Source of the DNA: a virus
Lineage: Duplodnaviria > Caudoviricetes
Reading direction: 5' to 3' (one strand)
Length of the DNA stretch: 60,327 bases
Virus record (IMG/VR): IMGVR_UViG_3300008113_010061
Location: 1 to 60,327 of that record
The notes under the pieces are model-generated. The model saw only the letters and a list, made by a program, of their open reading frames with translations. It ran no database searches and was not told where the DNA came from. Within the stretch, counting starts at the first letter, position 1. Each line of letters starts with the position of its first letter. A program made the translations under genes and the position numbers. Of this stretch, positions 6,619-15,232 are shown in pieces.

Positions 6619-7214
6619 ACATGACTGAGTTTGAAGCCTACAAGATGTATTTGGCTTTGCGTGCACATTTCCAGACCGACGAATATGATGTGATCAAACA
6701 ACGAGGACGAATCCGAGCCAGCCACAAGAGTTTTGTTGGCTCGGGCAAATCCTTTCAGTTCCTGCAGTTAACCAAGACATATCAGGATGCCGAGATCTGT
6801 GACTTCATGGTGGCTAATTTTACTGCGGGCGATCGCTGGGGCGGTGTGTTCAATGCCGATGCAGCTCGTCAGTATCAGAGCTGGAAACGCAGAGTAGAAA
6901 GTCTGAGATACATATTCACACAGGACCTAGACACACTAACCAATCTGATGGCCGATGAAGGCGCGGATCTGATTAGTTATGCAGCTGGTCAGCATCCACT
7001 GATACTGCGAGCCTACTTTGGCAATCATATCTGTCTAGAGACTGTGGTGATACTGGATGTATTGTTGAACTTCTGCAACGACTATGATCAGACCATGCAG
7101 CGTGTATTCATGTGGCCTGAAACCAGTCGCCTGATACGTAAATATCGACCTTTTTTAAAATTTGACACCGATGCCTTCAGAAAAATCTATGAAGAAAAAT
7201 TCAGACCAGGATGA
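6615..7214 (+). CDS. gp59: Helicase loader gp59
   Basis: EAYKMYLALRAHF..YD, FMVANF, W..R..SL.Y.F..D, HP.IL, I.LET..ILD, W......I.KY.PFL; lies between gp33 and gp32. Confidence 0.9.
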   Translation: MNMTEFEAYKMYLALRAHFQTDEYDVIKQRGRIRASHKSFVGSGKSFQFLQLTKTYQDAEICDFMVANFTAGDRWGGVFNADAARQYQSWKRRVESLRYIFTQDLDTLTNLMADEGADLISYAAGQHPLILRAYFGNHICLETVVILDVLLNFCNDYDQTMQRVFMWPETSRLIRKYRPFLKFDTDAFRKIYEEKFRPG

Positions 7215-7437
7215 GTTGTCTCTGGATGATCGTTTAGAAAGACTTGAAGTATCATTTTTAAGATTAGACGCCGATATTAATAACCTGGCCATGATAGTGA
7301 ATGAGCTCAATGAACGGTTGCGCAAGACTCAGGAATTTAGTGTTAAAATTGGTCATGCACAGAACCGCATACACGAGTACATTTCACACTGGCCTTTTGT
7401 CAGAGTAGTCAAGGACCATGGGCAAGACTTTTCGTAA
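7189..7437 (+). CDS. Hypothetical coiled-coil protein
   Basis: Heptad-rich ORF bridging gp59 and the 7418 ORF; start uncertain (7162 or 7189). Confidence 0.55.
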   Translation: MKKNSDQDELSLDDRLERLEVSFLRLDADINNLAMIVNELNERLRKTQEFSVKIGHAQNRIHEYISHWPFVRVVKDHGQDFS

Positions 7438-7624
7438 CGTCAGAGATGAGAGCCGTAAAGGTATTAAAAATAAAACGGCAACAAGGCTAGAAAAAGCCAT
7501 TGAAAAATACAAGAAACATATATATAATGACGCATCCCCAGTAAATGAGGATGCCGATGATGATGTGTTTGATGACAACATTGATGATGAATCCAACCAT
7601 ACTCGGTTTATACAACGCAAATAA
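7418..7624 (+). CDS. Small basic/acidic hypothetical protein preceding gp32
   Basis: AAGGA RBS; basic N-terminus (MGKTFR...KYKKHIY), acidic C-terminus. Confidence 0.7.
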   Translation: MGKTFRNVRDESRKGIKNKTATRLEKAIEKYKKHIYNDASPVNEDADDDVFDDNIDDESNHTRFIQRK

Positions 7625-7635
7625 GGAGCATACAA

Positions 7636-8547
7636 ATGGCATTTAATAGTCTATCCGATCTTAGAAAATCCCGCGGTGGTTTTGACACCCTGATGAAGGA
7701 AGTGGACAAAATCAGTCAACCCGCAGGTGGCGAACGCAAAGAAGATGATCGCTTCTGGCAACCCACAGTCGACAAGGCTGGCAACGGTTATGCTGTCGTT
7801 CGTTTCCTACCTCCTCCCCGTGGTGAAGAACTTCCTTGGGTACGTATCTGGAATCATGGCTTTCAAGGTCCTACTGGCAAGTGGTACATTGAGAATAGCC
7901 TGACCACCATAGGCAAACCTGACCCTGTCAGCGAACTCAACAATGAGCTTTGGAACAGTGGCAGCGAAGCCAACAAGGAAATCGCCCGCAAGCAGAAACG
8001 CCGTCTGAGCTATGTCTGCAACGTCTATGTGGTGTCTGATCCATCTAATCCTAGCAACGAAGGCAAGGTCAAACTGTTCAAGTTTGGCAAAAAGATCTTT
8101 GATAAAATCAAGGATGTAATGCAGCCTCAGTTCCAGGATGAAGAGCCGCTGAATCCTTTTGACTTTTGGAAGGGTGCAGACTTTAAGATCAAGATCCGCA
8201 ATGTCGAGGGTTATCGTAACTATGACAAGTCTGAGTTCGCCAGTGCAGCTGCACTGAGTGACGATGATGCTGAAATTGAGAAGATCTGGTCAGCGGAACA
8301 CAGCCTGTCTGACTTCATGGATGAGCGTCATTTCAAGAGCTATGAAGAACTCAAGCGTAAACTGGAGCAGGTACTGAATGCCGCAGGTGCACCAGCAGTG
8401 CGTGCTGAGAGTGCTGATCTAGATATGCCGCGTGCAGCTGCTAAACCAGCTGCCGCTGTGGCTAAACCAGCACCCAAGGCTGAAGCCGATTTTGATGAGG
8501 ATGATGAAAGTCTAAGCTACTTTGCCAAGTTAGCAGCCGACGATTGA
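7636..8547 (+). CDS. gp32: Single-stranded DNA-binding protein gp32
   Basis: DDRFWQPTVDKAGNGYAVVRFLP, HGFQGPTGKWYIENSLTT, KFGKKIFDKI, NPFDFWKGADFKIKIR, YRNYDKSEF, acidic tail ending LSYFAKLA. Confidence 0.98.
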   Translation: MAFNSLSDLRKSRGGFDTLMKEVDKISQPAGGERKEDDRFWQPTVDKAGNGYAVVRFLPPPRGEELPWVRIWNHGFQGPTGKWYIENSLTTIGKPDPVSELNNELWNSGSEANKEIARKQKRRLSYVCNVYVVSDPSNPSNEGKVKLFKFGKKIFDKIKDVMQPQFQDEEPLNPFDFWKGADFKIKIRNVEGYRNYDKSEFASAAALSDDDAEIEKIWSAEHSLSDFMDERHFKSYEELKRKLEQVLNAAGAPAVRAESADLDMPRAAAKPAAAVAKPAPKAEADFDEDDESLSYFAKLAADD

Positions 8548-10956
8548 TTGTAGCAAATCTTGCTGCAGGGGGACTTCGGTCCCCTTTTTTACCATCATGT
8601 TGTTGGCCGGCGCCGGAGCGGGTGCCGGGGCCGGTGCTGCAGGCTGATTGATCACCACTGGTTTGTTGTTGGCTTCCTTGGCCACAGCATTGGTTTTGCT
8701 CAATCCATCAATTTTTTTGCTTGTCTGGTTAGACGTTTCCATGTAACGTTCTTTGGTCGCCATGTCTAGATTTCTTTGTTCCATGGCATTCATGGGCTCT
8801 GCCGCCATTCTGCCACCGACGTCTTCGCCATATAACTTTACATATTTTTCTTTGCGAGCAACATCCTGTTCCTCGTAGAGCTTTTGATATCTAGGATCTT
8901 TGGTGTAGTCCGTTTCCTTGGCAGCGGGTTTGTCTACAGGTTTAACCGTGGCTACGGGTTTAGGCGCAGGCGCAGGCGCTGTACCTGGTGCTCTGGGCGC
9001 CAAGGCGCGTTGTGCTTCGGGACTCAACGACGACATCCCCCGATTCGGCGCTGCGCCTTGCATGCCGGTCATTGGAGCAGGCGCTGCGCCTTCCATGCCG
9101 GTCATTGGAGCGGCCATGTTGGTGGTTGGCGTTACAGTTGGTTTGTCTTTGTTGGCAAAATATTCAGATTCTTTCTTGATGCGATCTGCTGCGGCCTGGT
9201 TGGCCATGTTGGGTGCTACAAAACCTCCAACCTTTTCTATGCCACGAGCCATGCCAGATTGAGCTTTTTCAAACCAAGACATGCGATTCCAATTGGAATC
9301 ATCGGCCTTGGTATCAAGCTTCAGATCTTCGCCCTTTTCATCTTTACCTACTCCGAGTTTTCCTGCGCCATAGTCTACCAGACGGCTTGCACCATACATG
9401 GCAGCTCCGGCAGCCACAGTAGCACCTGCGGTTGTTCCTAGTGCAGCTCGACCAAGATTTAGTGCGCCTCGACCCGCACTCATTATTCCGCTGCCGGCAC
9501 GTCCCAACAGTCTACCACCGCCGCGCATTATGTCACCTAAACCCAGTCCGCCCCCGGTTTCTTCTTCGGGCTTGGCCGCCGCCGCCATGGGCGCCGGCGT
9601 AGTGGCTGTTACTGTGGGTTTAGGTGGCCAGTCTTTGCCACCACCAGCGCCGGTATTGCCTGCGGACCAACCAGGTCCTCCGGATGCTGGTAACTTCAAC
9701 GGGCCACGTAGATTTACTACTGTGGCGGTGATGTTCATGGCGCCGCTCTTGGGCATGGCCATGGGCTGACCACGACCCGCAGGTACTGGCGTTGGTGATG
9801 CAGCAGTTTGACCGCCGCGACTCTGTGTCAGTGCTTCGGCGCGCGCACCTAGCCTGGCTCGATCTTCTTCTAGTCGATTGCCACCAAAGGTACGATCCAG
9901 AAAGTCACTGCCCAGATTGCTGGCATTTTTAGCATTATAGTCTTCAACCTTGCCACGGAAAAAGTTACCGGCAATTTTAGCTGCGCCGGCAATGCGACCC
10001 ATGCTGACTACTTCGCCTTTCTGAGCCAGTCTGCCTGCTTTACCTAATTCATTGTCCTTGGTTCTGCGTACTGCATTTTCGCCCATGCGCGGATCAAATT
10101 CATAGCCTTCTTTTAATACTTTCTGTTTGCCTGTGAGTGCACTCCAGGCATCACCCAGAGTACCAGCATCGCCACGCGCACCGCTACGAGCTCGATTGCG
10201 TGTATTTTCCAGCACGCCGCCAATTTTGCTCTTGGCTGCAGTATCGCCCGTGGTTTCTAATTCGCCGGCAATCTTGGCCAGCTCTTTGCGTAGCTCTGCA
10301 CTGTCTTTGGCGTCAGAGTCACGCAGTTTAATCAGTGTGTCTTCCAGACGTTGAAATAACTTGATTTGATCGTCCGTGGCATCTTTTAGCAGTTCGTCTT
10401 TCTTCTTGGTCTCGGCCACGAAGCGTTCAAAGGCTTCGGTGTTCTTGGCCATGGTGACTTCTTTGCCTGCACCCTTTTGGTACAGTTCGGCCTTCTCACC
10501 CAAGGTGGCGCCGATGTTGCTAAGTTTGCCGGCACGTTCTTCGCGCTGTGCATTCAGACTTTGTTCTGGTACTTCCTTGGCATCGACATCGATTACATCG
10601 TCACGTTGGCGTAACAGGGGTTTACGTGATGGATTGGGATCCTTGCCTGCAAAGGTCTTGAGATCCTTGCCTGCAAAGGTCTTGAGATCCTTGCGCATTT
10701 CTTTGAGTTCAGTACGCACGTCGCCAAGGGTGACATTTTTAGAATCACCCTTGGGTTTGGTCATGACCTTGACCTGTTCCACAACCTCGGTCTGCTTTTC
10801 CTGAGTTTCAGTGGTAGCTTTGCGCAGCTCTTCGAGCTTGGCAATCTGATCCTCGGCTCGCTTACGCTGTTCCTCGGATAGATTGCTGGCTGTAAGCATT
10901 CGCTGCTGAGCTTCCAGCAGACTTTCCAGACTTAGAGGTTCGGATTTCTTGGCCAT
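8530..10956 (-). CDS. Tape-measure/baseplate-hub (gp29-like) protein
   Basis: 808 aa with coiled-coil N-terminus, Gly/Ala-rich middle and Pro/Ala-rich C-terminus; downstream of gp26/gp51 as expected for a tail length determinant. The C-terminus runs through the gp32 terminator (see findings). Confidence 0.6.
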   Translation of the reverse strand: MAKKSEPLSLESLLEAQQRMLTASNLSEEQRKRAEDQIAKLEELRKATTETQEKQTEVVEQVKVMTKPKGDSKNVTLGDVRTELKEMRKDLKTFAGKDLKTFAGKDPNPSRKPLLRQRDDVIDVDAKEVPEQSLNAQREERAGKLSNIGATLGEKAELYQKGAGKEVTMAKNTEAFERFVAETKKKDELLKDATDDQIKLFQRLEDTLIKLRDSDAKDSAELRKELAKIAGELETTGDTAAKSKIGGVLENTRNRARSGARGDAGTLGDAWSALTGKQKVLKEGYEFDPRMGENAVRRTKDNELGKAGRLAQKGEVVSMGRIAGAAKIAGNFFRGKVEDYNAKNASNLGSDFLDRTFGGNRLEEDRARLGARAEALTQSRGGQTAASPTPVPAGRGQPMAMPKSGAMNITATVVNLRGPLKLPASGGPGWSAGNTGAGGGKDWPPKPTVTATTPAPMAAAAKPEEETGGGLGLGDIMRGGGRLLGRAGSGIMSAGRGALNLGRAALGTTAGATVAAGAAMYGASRLVDYGAGKLGVGKDEKGEDLKLDTKADDSNWNRMSWFEKAQSGMARGIEKVGGFVAPNMANQAAADRIKKESEYFANKDKPTVTPTTNMAAPMTGMEGAAPAPMTGMQGAAPNRGMSSLSPEAQRALAPRAPGTAPAPAPKPVATVKPVDKPAAKETDYTKDPRYQKLYEEQDVARKEKYVKLYGEDVGGRMAAEPMNAMEQRNLDMATKERYMETSNQTSKKIDGLSKTNAVAKEANNKPVVINQPAAPAPAPAPAPANNMMVKKGTEVPLQQDLLQSIVGC
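8569..8590 (+). terminator. Rho-independent terminator after gp32
   Basis: GGGGAC-TTCG-GTCCCC then TTTTTT; a second small hairpin TGTAGCAA/TTGCTGCA at 8549-8567. Confidence 0.9.
9047..9111. repeat. 33-bp-period imperfect tandem repeat in the tape-measure gene
   Basis: GGCGCTGCGCCTT(G/C)CATGCCGGTCATTGGAGC at 9047-9078 and 9080-9111 (APMTGM[E/Q]GAAP twice). Confidence 0.85.
10638..10694. repeat. Exact 24-bp tandem duplication in the tape-measure gene
   Basis: GATCCTTGCCTGCAAAGGTCTTGA twice plus GATCCTTGC; encodes KDLKTFAG twice. Confidence 0.9.
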
Positions 10957-10959
10957 GGT

Positions 10960-11289
10960 TTACTCTTTGGGTGTGTATACTCGGTTGTCATCATCGTCCT
11001 TGCTGGTGGCCGATGTCTCGGTTACAGCAATCTTTTCCTTGGTGCGACCATAGGCCGACACACCCAACACACCGCCCATGGCAATATGGAAGAAGCCTCC
11101 ATTCTGCAGCGTTATGGGCACCCATTGACGAAACGCATCATTGGCTGCTTCGGTCTCCCAGAATTGTACTAGGGTGAACAGGACCGGAAAAATTACAAAG
11201 TCTGCCAAGCAACAGACCATGTACATCCAGCCCATGGCAGGACGCCATTTATTCTGCATCCAATCTTCTTTAGTAGTTCCAGCTGCCAT
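10960..11289 (-). CDS. Holin-like membrane protein (3TM GTA-holin-like family)
   Basis: Start re-assigned to ATG 11289 (GGAGG RBS, TAATG overlap with the gp51 stop). KWRPAMGWMY...FVIFPVL...GVLGVSAYGRTKEK matches the WRP.....G..G....R..EK holin pattern. Confidence 0.65.
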   Translation of the reverse strand: MAAGTTKEDWMQNKWRPAMGWMYMVCCLADFVIFPVLFTLVQFWETEAANDAFRQWVPITLQNGGFFHIAMGGVLGVSAYGRTKEKIAVTETSATSKDDDDNRVYTPKE

Positions 11290-11474
11290 TATCGGCCTCC
11301 TTGTTGTTGTAAACGTTGATTTTCTTCTTCTAAGTGATTTACCAACAACATAATATAGATCTCCCTTTCCCACGGCATCATGTCTTCCAATTCAGACAAG
11401 CTATACTTATGATACTGCATTAAATTGAAGTTTGTCTGATAGTAACTAAACAAACTTTCATGAGAAAGGACTAG
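11289..11474 (-). CDS. gp51: gp51-like baseplate hub assembly chaperone domain (not in the ORF track); first in-frame ATG at 11420
   Basis: The open frame reads LVLSHESLFSYYQTNFNLMQYHKYSLSELEDMMPWEREIYIMLLVNHLEEENQRLQQQGGR*. YY.TNF.LMQ.HKYSL.ELE.M.PWER.IY is the cyanophage-type gp51 signature. Confidence 0.85.
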   Translation of the reverse strand, partial: LVLSHESLFSYYQTNFNLMQYHKYSLSELEDMMPWEREIYIMLLVNHLEEENQRLQQQGGR

Positions 11475-12166
11475 GCGAAAAAACTGTTCATACCCTCCAT
11501 GACGACTTCATTGTGTTTTCCGCATTCCTTACAGTCCCACGCCATGTCATGTCGCAACACGGGCATGGTAACAAAGAAGTTTTCTAGACGGTCCAGTGTA
11601 GCTGGGTTTAAATTTTCTACAAATTCTACGAGTTCGGCTACACTGTAATCCTGGGCAGCAATGCGTTCATCGCCTTCCCAGATGCTGTCTATGCTGCCGG
11701 CAATCAAATTAATGATGCTGTCTATGTTGGATTCTGCCTGCATGGTGCTAAGATCCGTCAGCGTGGGATACCGCATCTCAATGCTGACATTGTTGTCAAC
11801 ATCTATGGTTTTACTGTGTTCTGGTTTGCGATCTACTTTGACTGAAGTCACATCCAGCTTGGCATCCTGCTTGGCTTCACAGCTGCAGGTCAGAACTATG
11901 TTGACAGTTTCTCCTACGCTGTGCGCGCGAATATTTAAGAACAAAAATTCAGCGTCAAAAGCCGGTAATTTTTCTGCATTGACTTTGCCAAAGGTACAGG
12001 CGTGTATAACTTCGTTGAGTGCAGAAATTTGCTGATCAGCACCGCCATTGGTGGCCATGAGCAGCAGTTTTTGTTCTTTGACTAAAAATGGACGAAACTC
12101 TATCCGTTCGCCAGTGCTGGGCAATTCAATTCGATGCTTGGGTGTTGTAAGCAATGGTAAAGACAT
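11471..12166 (-). CDS. gp26: Baseplate hub assembly protein gp26
   Basis: MSLP...P.H.IELPSTG..I.FRPFLVKEQKLLL, FD.EFLFLNIRA.SVGE, CxC and CKECG motifs, ends EGMNSFFA. Confidence 0.9.
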   Translation of the reverse strand: MSLPLLTTPKHRIELPSTGERIEFRPFLVKEQKLLLMATNGGADQQISALNEVIHACTFGKVNAEKLPAFDAEFLFLNIRAHSVGETVNIVLTCSCEAKQDAKLDVTSVKVDRKPEHSKTIDVDNNVSIEMRYPTLTDLSTMQAESNIDSIINLIAGSIDSIWEGDERIAAQDYSVAELVEFVENLNPATLDRLENFFVTMPVLRHDMAWDCKECGKHNEVVMEGMNSFFA

Positions 12167-12184
12167 TCAATTCTCCTTGGTGTG

Positions 12185-12961
12185 TTATACTTTCAATGCC
12201 GCGCGAGCGTTTGAACTAAGTCGACTACTATCTATTCGATTGTTGTTTGCTGTACCGCGCGAATTTCTGCTGCCCGCCACCTGTTGAGTTCTCGGTGTAT
12301 CTGATGGTGGCTGATTGCTGGTGGTCATGCTCATGCTTCGCCAGCGTCGATAGCACAATGTAACCGACATTTTAGTAACCTGATTGGTCATGTCATAGCC
12401 CAGACTAATGGGGTTGATGGCTATGGGAAATACATCCTCAAACACTGCGGTATAGTGTGCTCGATCATCTTCATCCAACTGTGTAATGGTCAGGCCCTGA
12501 CACATGTAGTTTTCAGGATAATGCACACAACCAGTGAACCGTCCAGTACGCACAACAACGCCGTCGACCCAGATGTCAAAAAATTCTTTTACAGTATACC
12601 ATTTGTCTAGCGCAAAGGTCATGCTAAGATTGTCGCCGCCGTAGTCTGCGCCTATGGGATGAAAACTAGGTGGTCCAAAAATTTGTTGTCTGGTGGTGAT
12701 GATGCGCGTGGGCGGCAACGACACCTGTTCACAGAATACGCTGAGTCTGGCGCCGATGCGACTGCTTATGGAATTCTGTGTTCGATATCTGCCGCCACTG
12801 GTCTTCAGACTCAGCGACTCATCTACACTGAATTGTTGCACGCAGGCCGGCACGGTAAAATTAACTTCATAGCGATTGGGCTTAGCCATGCCACGATCAG
12901 ATATCTCAGCCATGATGTCACTCAAACCATACTGCGCTTTGGGCATTAATTGATATGCCAT
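12185..12961 (-). CDS. Tail tube initiator gp54-like (gp19 fold)
   Basis: GMAKPNRYEV, CEQVSLP, FFDIW.D, YP.NY, I.QLD, DVFPIAINPI.L.Y, V.K.SVT..YRRW. Confidence 0.75.
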   Translation of the reverse strand: MAYQLMPKAQYGLSDIMAEISDRGMAKPNRYEVNFTVPACVQQFSVDESLSLKTSGGRYRTQNSISSRIGARLSVFCEQVSLPPTRIITTRQQIFGPPSFHPIGADYGGDNLSMTFALDKWYTVKEFFDIWVDGVVVRTGRFTGCVHYPENYMCQGLTITQLDEDDRAHYTAVFEDVFPIAINPISLGYDMTNQVTKMSVTLCYRRWRSMSMTTSNQPPSDTPRTQQVAGSRNSRGTANNNRIDSSRLSSNARAALKV

Positions 12962-12970
12962 GTTCTTTCC

Positions 12971-13543
12971 TTAGATGTGTTTTCTGCTGTCTCGCCAGAC
13001 AGTCTGGGTTGCTGCGCCCTGGAATCGTTCTATGGGCATCATGCTGGCTGCCAACCATTGATCATGTGGTATGTCCATGAAACGACTCTTGACATGGTCT
13101 GTTAAGTAATGCTTAACACAGGCACCCACGCCGGGAAACTTTGATCCTGAATTTAAGATGTTCCAGCTGATCTGCGCACGCATGCGTGGATCGTTGTGAC
13201 GATGTGTAACTTCCAGCAAGGCGCCCATGAGTCTGAATCTAATACCATAGGGCAGATAGTGCAGGTTCAGTCCATAGAAGCCGCCCTTGATGGACCTAAA
13301 GGGAAACACCAAGGGCATCTGATCCCAGTAGGGCAGAGTGTCCTTGTGCTTGGCATCGTACATGAACAGATATAGCCCACCAGGATATACACGACTGCGC
13401 AGGCCTGCAGATCCACTCATCATGCCAGTAACGTTGCTGTTCAGTCCCCGCAGATTCTTAACCTGAGTCTGATACCAGTTTACGCTGCGCTGCACATCGC
13501 CGGCGCGTACGGTGAGTTCTCTGAAGGGATTATAGGTTGCCAT
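12971..13543 (-). CDS. gp2: DNA end protector protein gp2
   Basis: PG.LYLFMYDAKHKDTLPYWD..PLVFPF, GFYGLNLHYLP, CVKHYL..HVKSRF, VWRDSR; start at ATG 13543. Confidence 0.92.
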   Translation of the reverse strand: MATYNPFRELTVRAGDVQRSVNWYQTQVKNLRGLNSNVTGMMSGSAGLRSRVYPGGLYLFMYDAKHKDTLPYWDQMPLVFPFRSIKGGFYGLNLHYLPYGIRFRLMGALLEVTHRHNDPRMRAQISWNILNSGSKFPGVGACVKHYLTDHVKSRFMDIPHDQWLAASMMPIERFQGAATQTVWRDSRKHI

Positions 13544-13547
13544 GATA

Positions 13548-14000
13548 TTATTTATCAAGATTCAAATCGTTTTCCGTAAGTATCATGAACTGCCAGCCCC
13601 GATTCTCGCAGTATTCCGTAGCCGACTTCCACTTGCTTTGATTCACGCCCCAGGTACGAACTTCTTCGATGAAACGTGGAGTGATGCGCGCTGGCTTTTT
13701 GGGCTGCTGCACAAACTTGGCTGGTTTGATTTCTATGAGATAGCGTTGTTCATTGCCATCTCGGTTGCGTATCTTGACATAGAAATCCACGAAATATCTG
13801 TGTATTCTTTGGTCTACGGGCGATAAATAAGGTATAATGATCTCTTCGCTACCCCATTCCAGCACAGCGGAATTGTTGTCGCACCATTTCATGAACTTCA
13901 ATTCCCACAGACTGCGATAAACAATCTGTGTGGGATCGCCAATGTACTTCTTGGCATTGATGATGCGATAACGTCCTTTGTAGGTCTGGCGAGTGTACAT
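13548..14000 (-). CDS. gp4: Head completion nuclease gp4 (TnsA-like)
   Basis: YKGRY...N..KY.GDP..I.YRSLWE..FM.WCD.N..VL.W.SEE..IPY.SP.D...HRYFVDF, LIEIKP, NQSKW..A; start at ATG 14000. Confidence 0.93.
   Translation of the reverse strand: MYTRQTYKGRYRIINAKKYIGDPTQIVYRSLWELKFMKWCDNNSAVLEWGSEEIIIPYLSPVDQRIHRYFVDFYVKIRNRDGNEQRYLIEIKPAKFVQQPKKPARITPRFIEEVRTWGVNQSKWKSATEYCENRGWQFMILTENDLNLDK
13549..13555 (-). promoter_or_regulatory. Late promoter ATAAATA before gp2
   Basis: TATTTAT on the + strand, 5 nt before the minus-strand ATG at 13543. Confidence 0.6.
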
Positions 14001-14026
14001 AGAAATATAAAAACACGGAGTAAAAC

Positions 14027-14033
14027 TATTTAT
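14027..14033 (-). promoter_or_regulatory. Late promoter ATAAATA for gp4, overlapping the gp48 start codon
   Basis: TATTTAT at 14027-14033 in the 31-bp divergent gap between gp4 and gp48. Confidence 0.5.
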
Positions 14034-15231
14034 GGCTGATACCAACGCTCAAGGCGGTTCTAAGAATGGTATTTTTAGTGCTGACCGAGCCAATGCAACC
14101 GAGTTCAATGCCCAGGGTGGTGTGGTGCGCACACCCGAAGGTCAACTGTTTAAATACAATGTTAAACAACATGTCTATCCAGAAAAAACCGGAGACGCAA
14201 ACGCTGGCCCGGATCTGCAGCACTTTTTGGTATTCTACATCAATGTTCGTGGCAAGAGTAAATTTAAAAAAGACTATAAAACCGTAGAAATTCAGACCGG
14301 CGCTGAACAACGCATGGATCCCAAACGTGTGGGCGAAGCCACCAATGGAATATTGACCGTAGGTGCTGTGGCTGCAGGAGCTAAAATGGGTGCCAGTGCC
14401 ACCAGTAAACTAACTGGATTGTTTGCTAAAAATGTTCCCAGTTCTGTGCGTGCTCTTGGCACCTTGGGTGGTCTAATTGCTGGAGGTACAGCTGGCGCAG
14501 TAGCAGCCAATTATTTTGAGCCCGACAAGACATTTCGTACCAGCACTGCCATTATGTTGGCAGTACAGGAACGGCCCAGTGTATCCTATGGTGTGAATTA
14601 TCAACAACAGGACATGGGCAGCCTGGCTGGATTTATAGCCGGTGGTTCGTCAGCAGTGGACAGCGGCTACAAGGAAGCCGGCGGCGAAGCCATGCGCGCT
14701 ATGTTGCTCAACGTGGCTCAGATTCCCGCCGGCATAACCAATGCCATAGGTGCCACGGATCTGGATATAAAAGCTCTGGCCAGCATAGGTACCGGTACAG
14801 CCATGAACCCTTTCCGCGAACAGGTATTTAAAAGTGTGGACCCTCGTACCTTTGATTTTAATTATAAATTTGTTCCTCGATCTTTGCAAGAATCTAGAAA
14901 TGTCTGGGAGATTATCGAAGAATTTAAATTTCACATGCATCCAGAATTGGCTGGCGGCGGTTTGTTCTACATCTATCCCAGCACCTTCAACATAGAATAT
15001 TATTTCAGCGGAGATATGAACCATACTGTGCACCGAATCAGCACCTGTGTGCTGCAAAACATGACAGTGGACTACGGTGGTCAGCAGTTCGCCAGTCTGG
15101 TACCAGCCAAAGGATTGGATGGGTCAAATCCAAAGAAAAACATAACAAGTTATCCTGCTGAAGTCAACATGAAACTTAGATTCGTTGAATTGGAAACTTT
15201 GACCAAAGAACGCATAAACAAGGGATATTAA
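14032..15231 (+). CDS. gp48: Baseplate tail tube cap gp48
   Basis: NPFREQVFKSV..R.F.F.YKF.PRS..ES, I...FKFHMHPE, YPS.F.I.Y, CVL....VDY, L.F.ELE.LTKE.I..GY. Confidence 0.88.
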   Translation: MADTNAQGGSKNGIFSADRANATEFNAQGGVVRTPEGQLFKYNVKQHVYPEKTGDANAGPDLQHFLVFYINVRGKSKFKKDYKTVEIQTGAEQRMDPKRVGEATNGILTVGAVAAGAKMGASATSKLTGLFAKNVPSSVRALGTLGGLIAGGTAGAVAANYFEPDKTFRTSTAIMLAVQERPSVSYGVNYQQQDMGSLAGFIAGGSSAVDSGYKEAGGEAMRAMLLNVAQIPAGITNAIGATDLDIKALASIGTGTAMNPFREQVFKSVDPRTFDFNYKFVPRSLQESRNVWEIIEEFKFHMHPELAGGGLFYIYPSTFNIEYYFSGDMNHTVHRISTCVLQNMTVDYGGQQFASLVPAKGLDGSNPKKNITSYPAEVNMKLRFVELETLTKERINKGY

Positions 15232-15232
15232 T

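Noticed and set aside
10960-11373. 137-aa version of the holin-like ORF
   Set aside because: The extension overlaps gp51 in another frame; ATG 11289 has a GGAGG RBS and stop-start coupling.
11420-11473. TAG readthrough or stop-codon recoding at the gp26 end
   Set aside because: In-frame readthrough gives a short unrelated peptide, and the gp51-like sequence is in the -1 frame. Other core genes are intact under the standard code.
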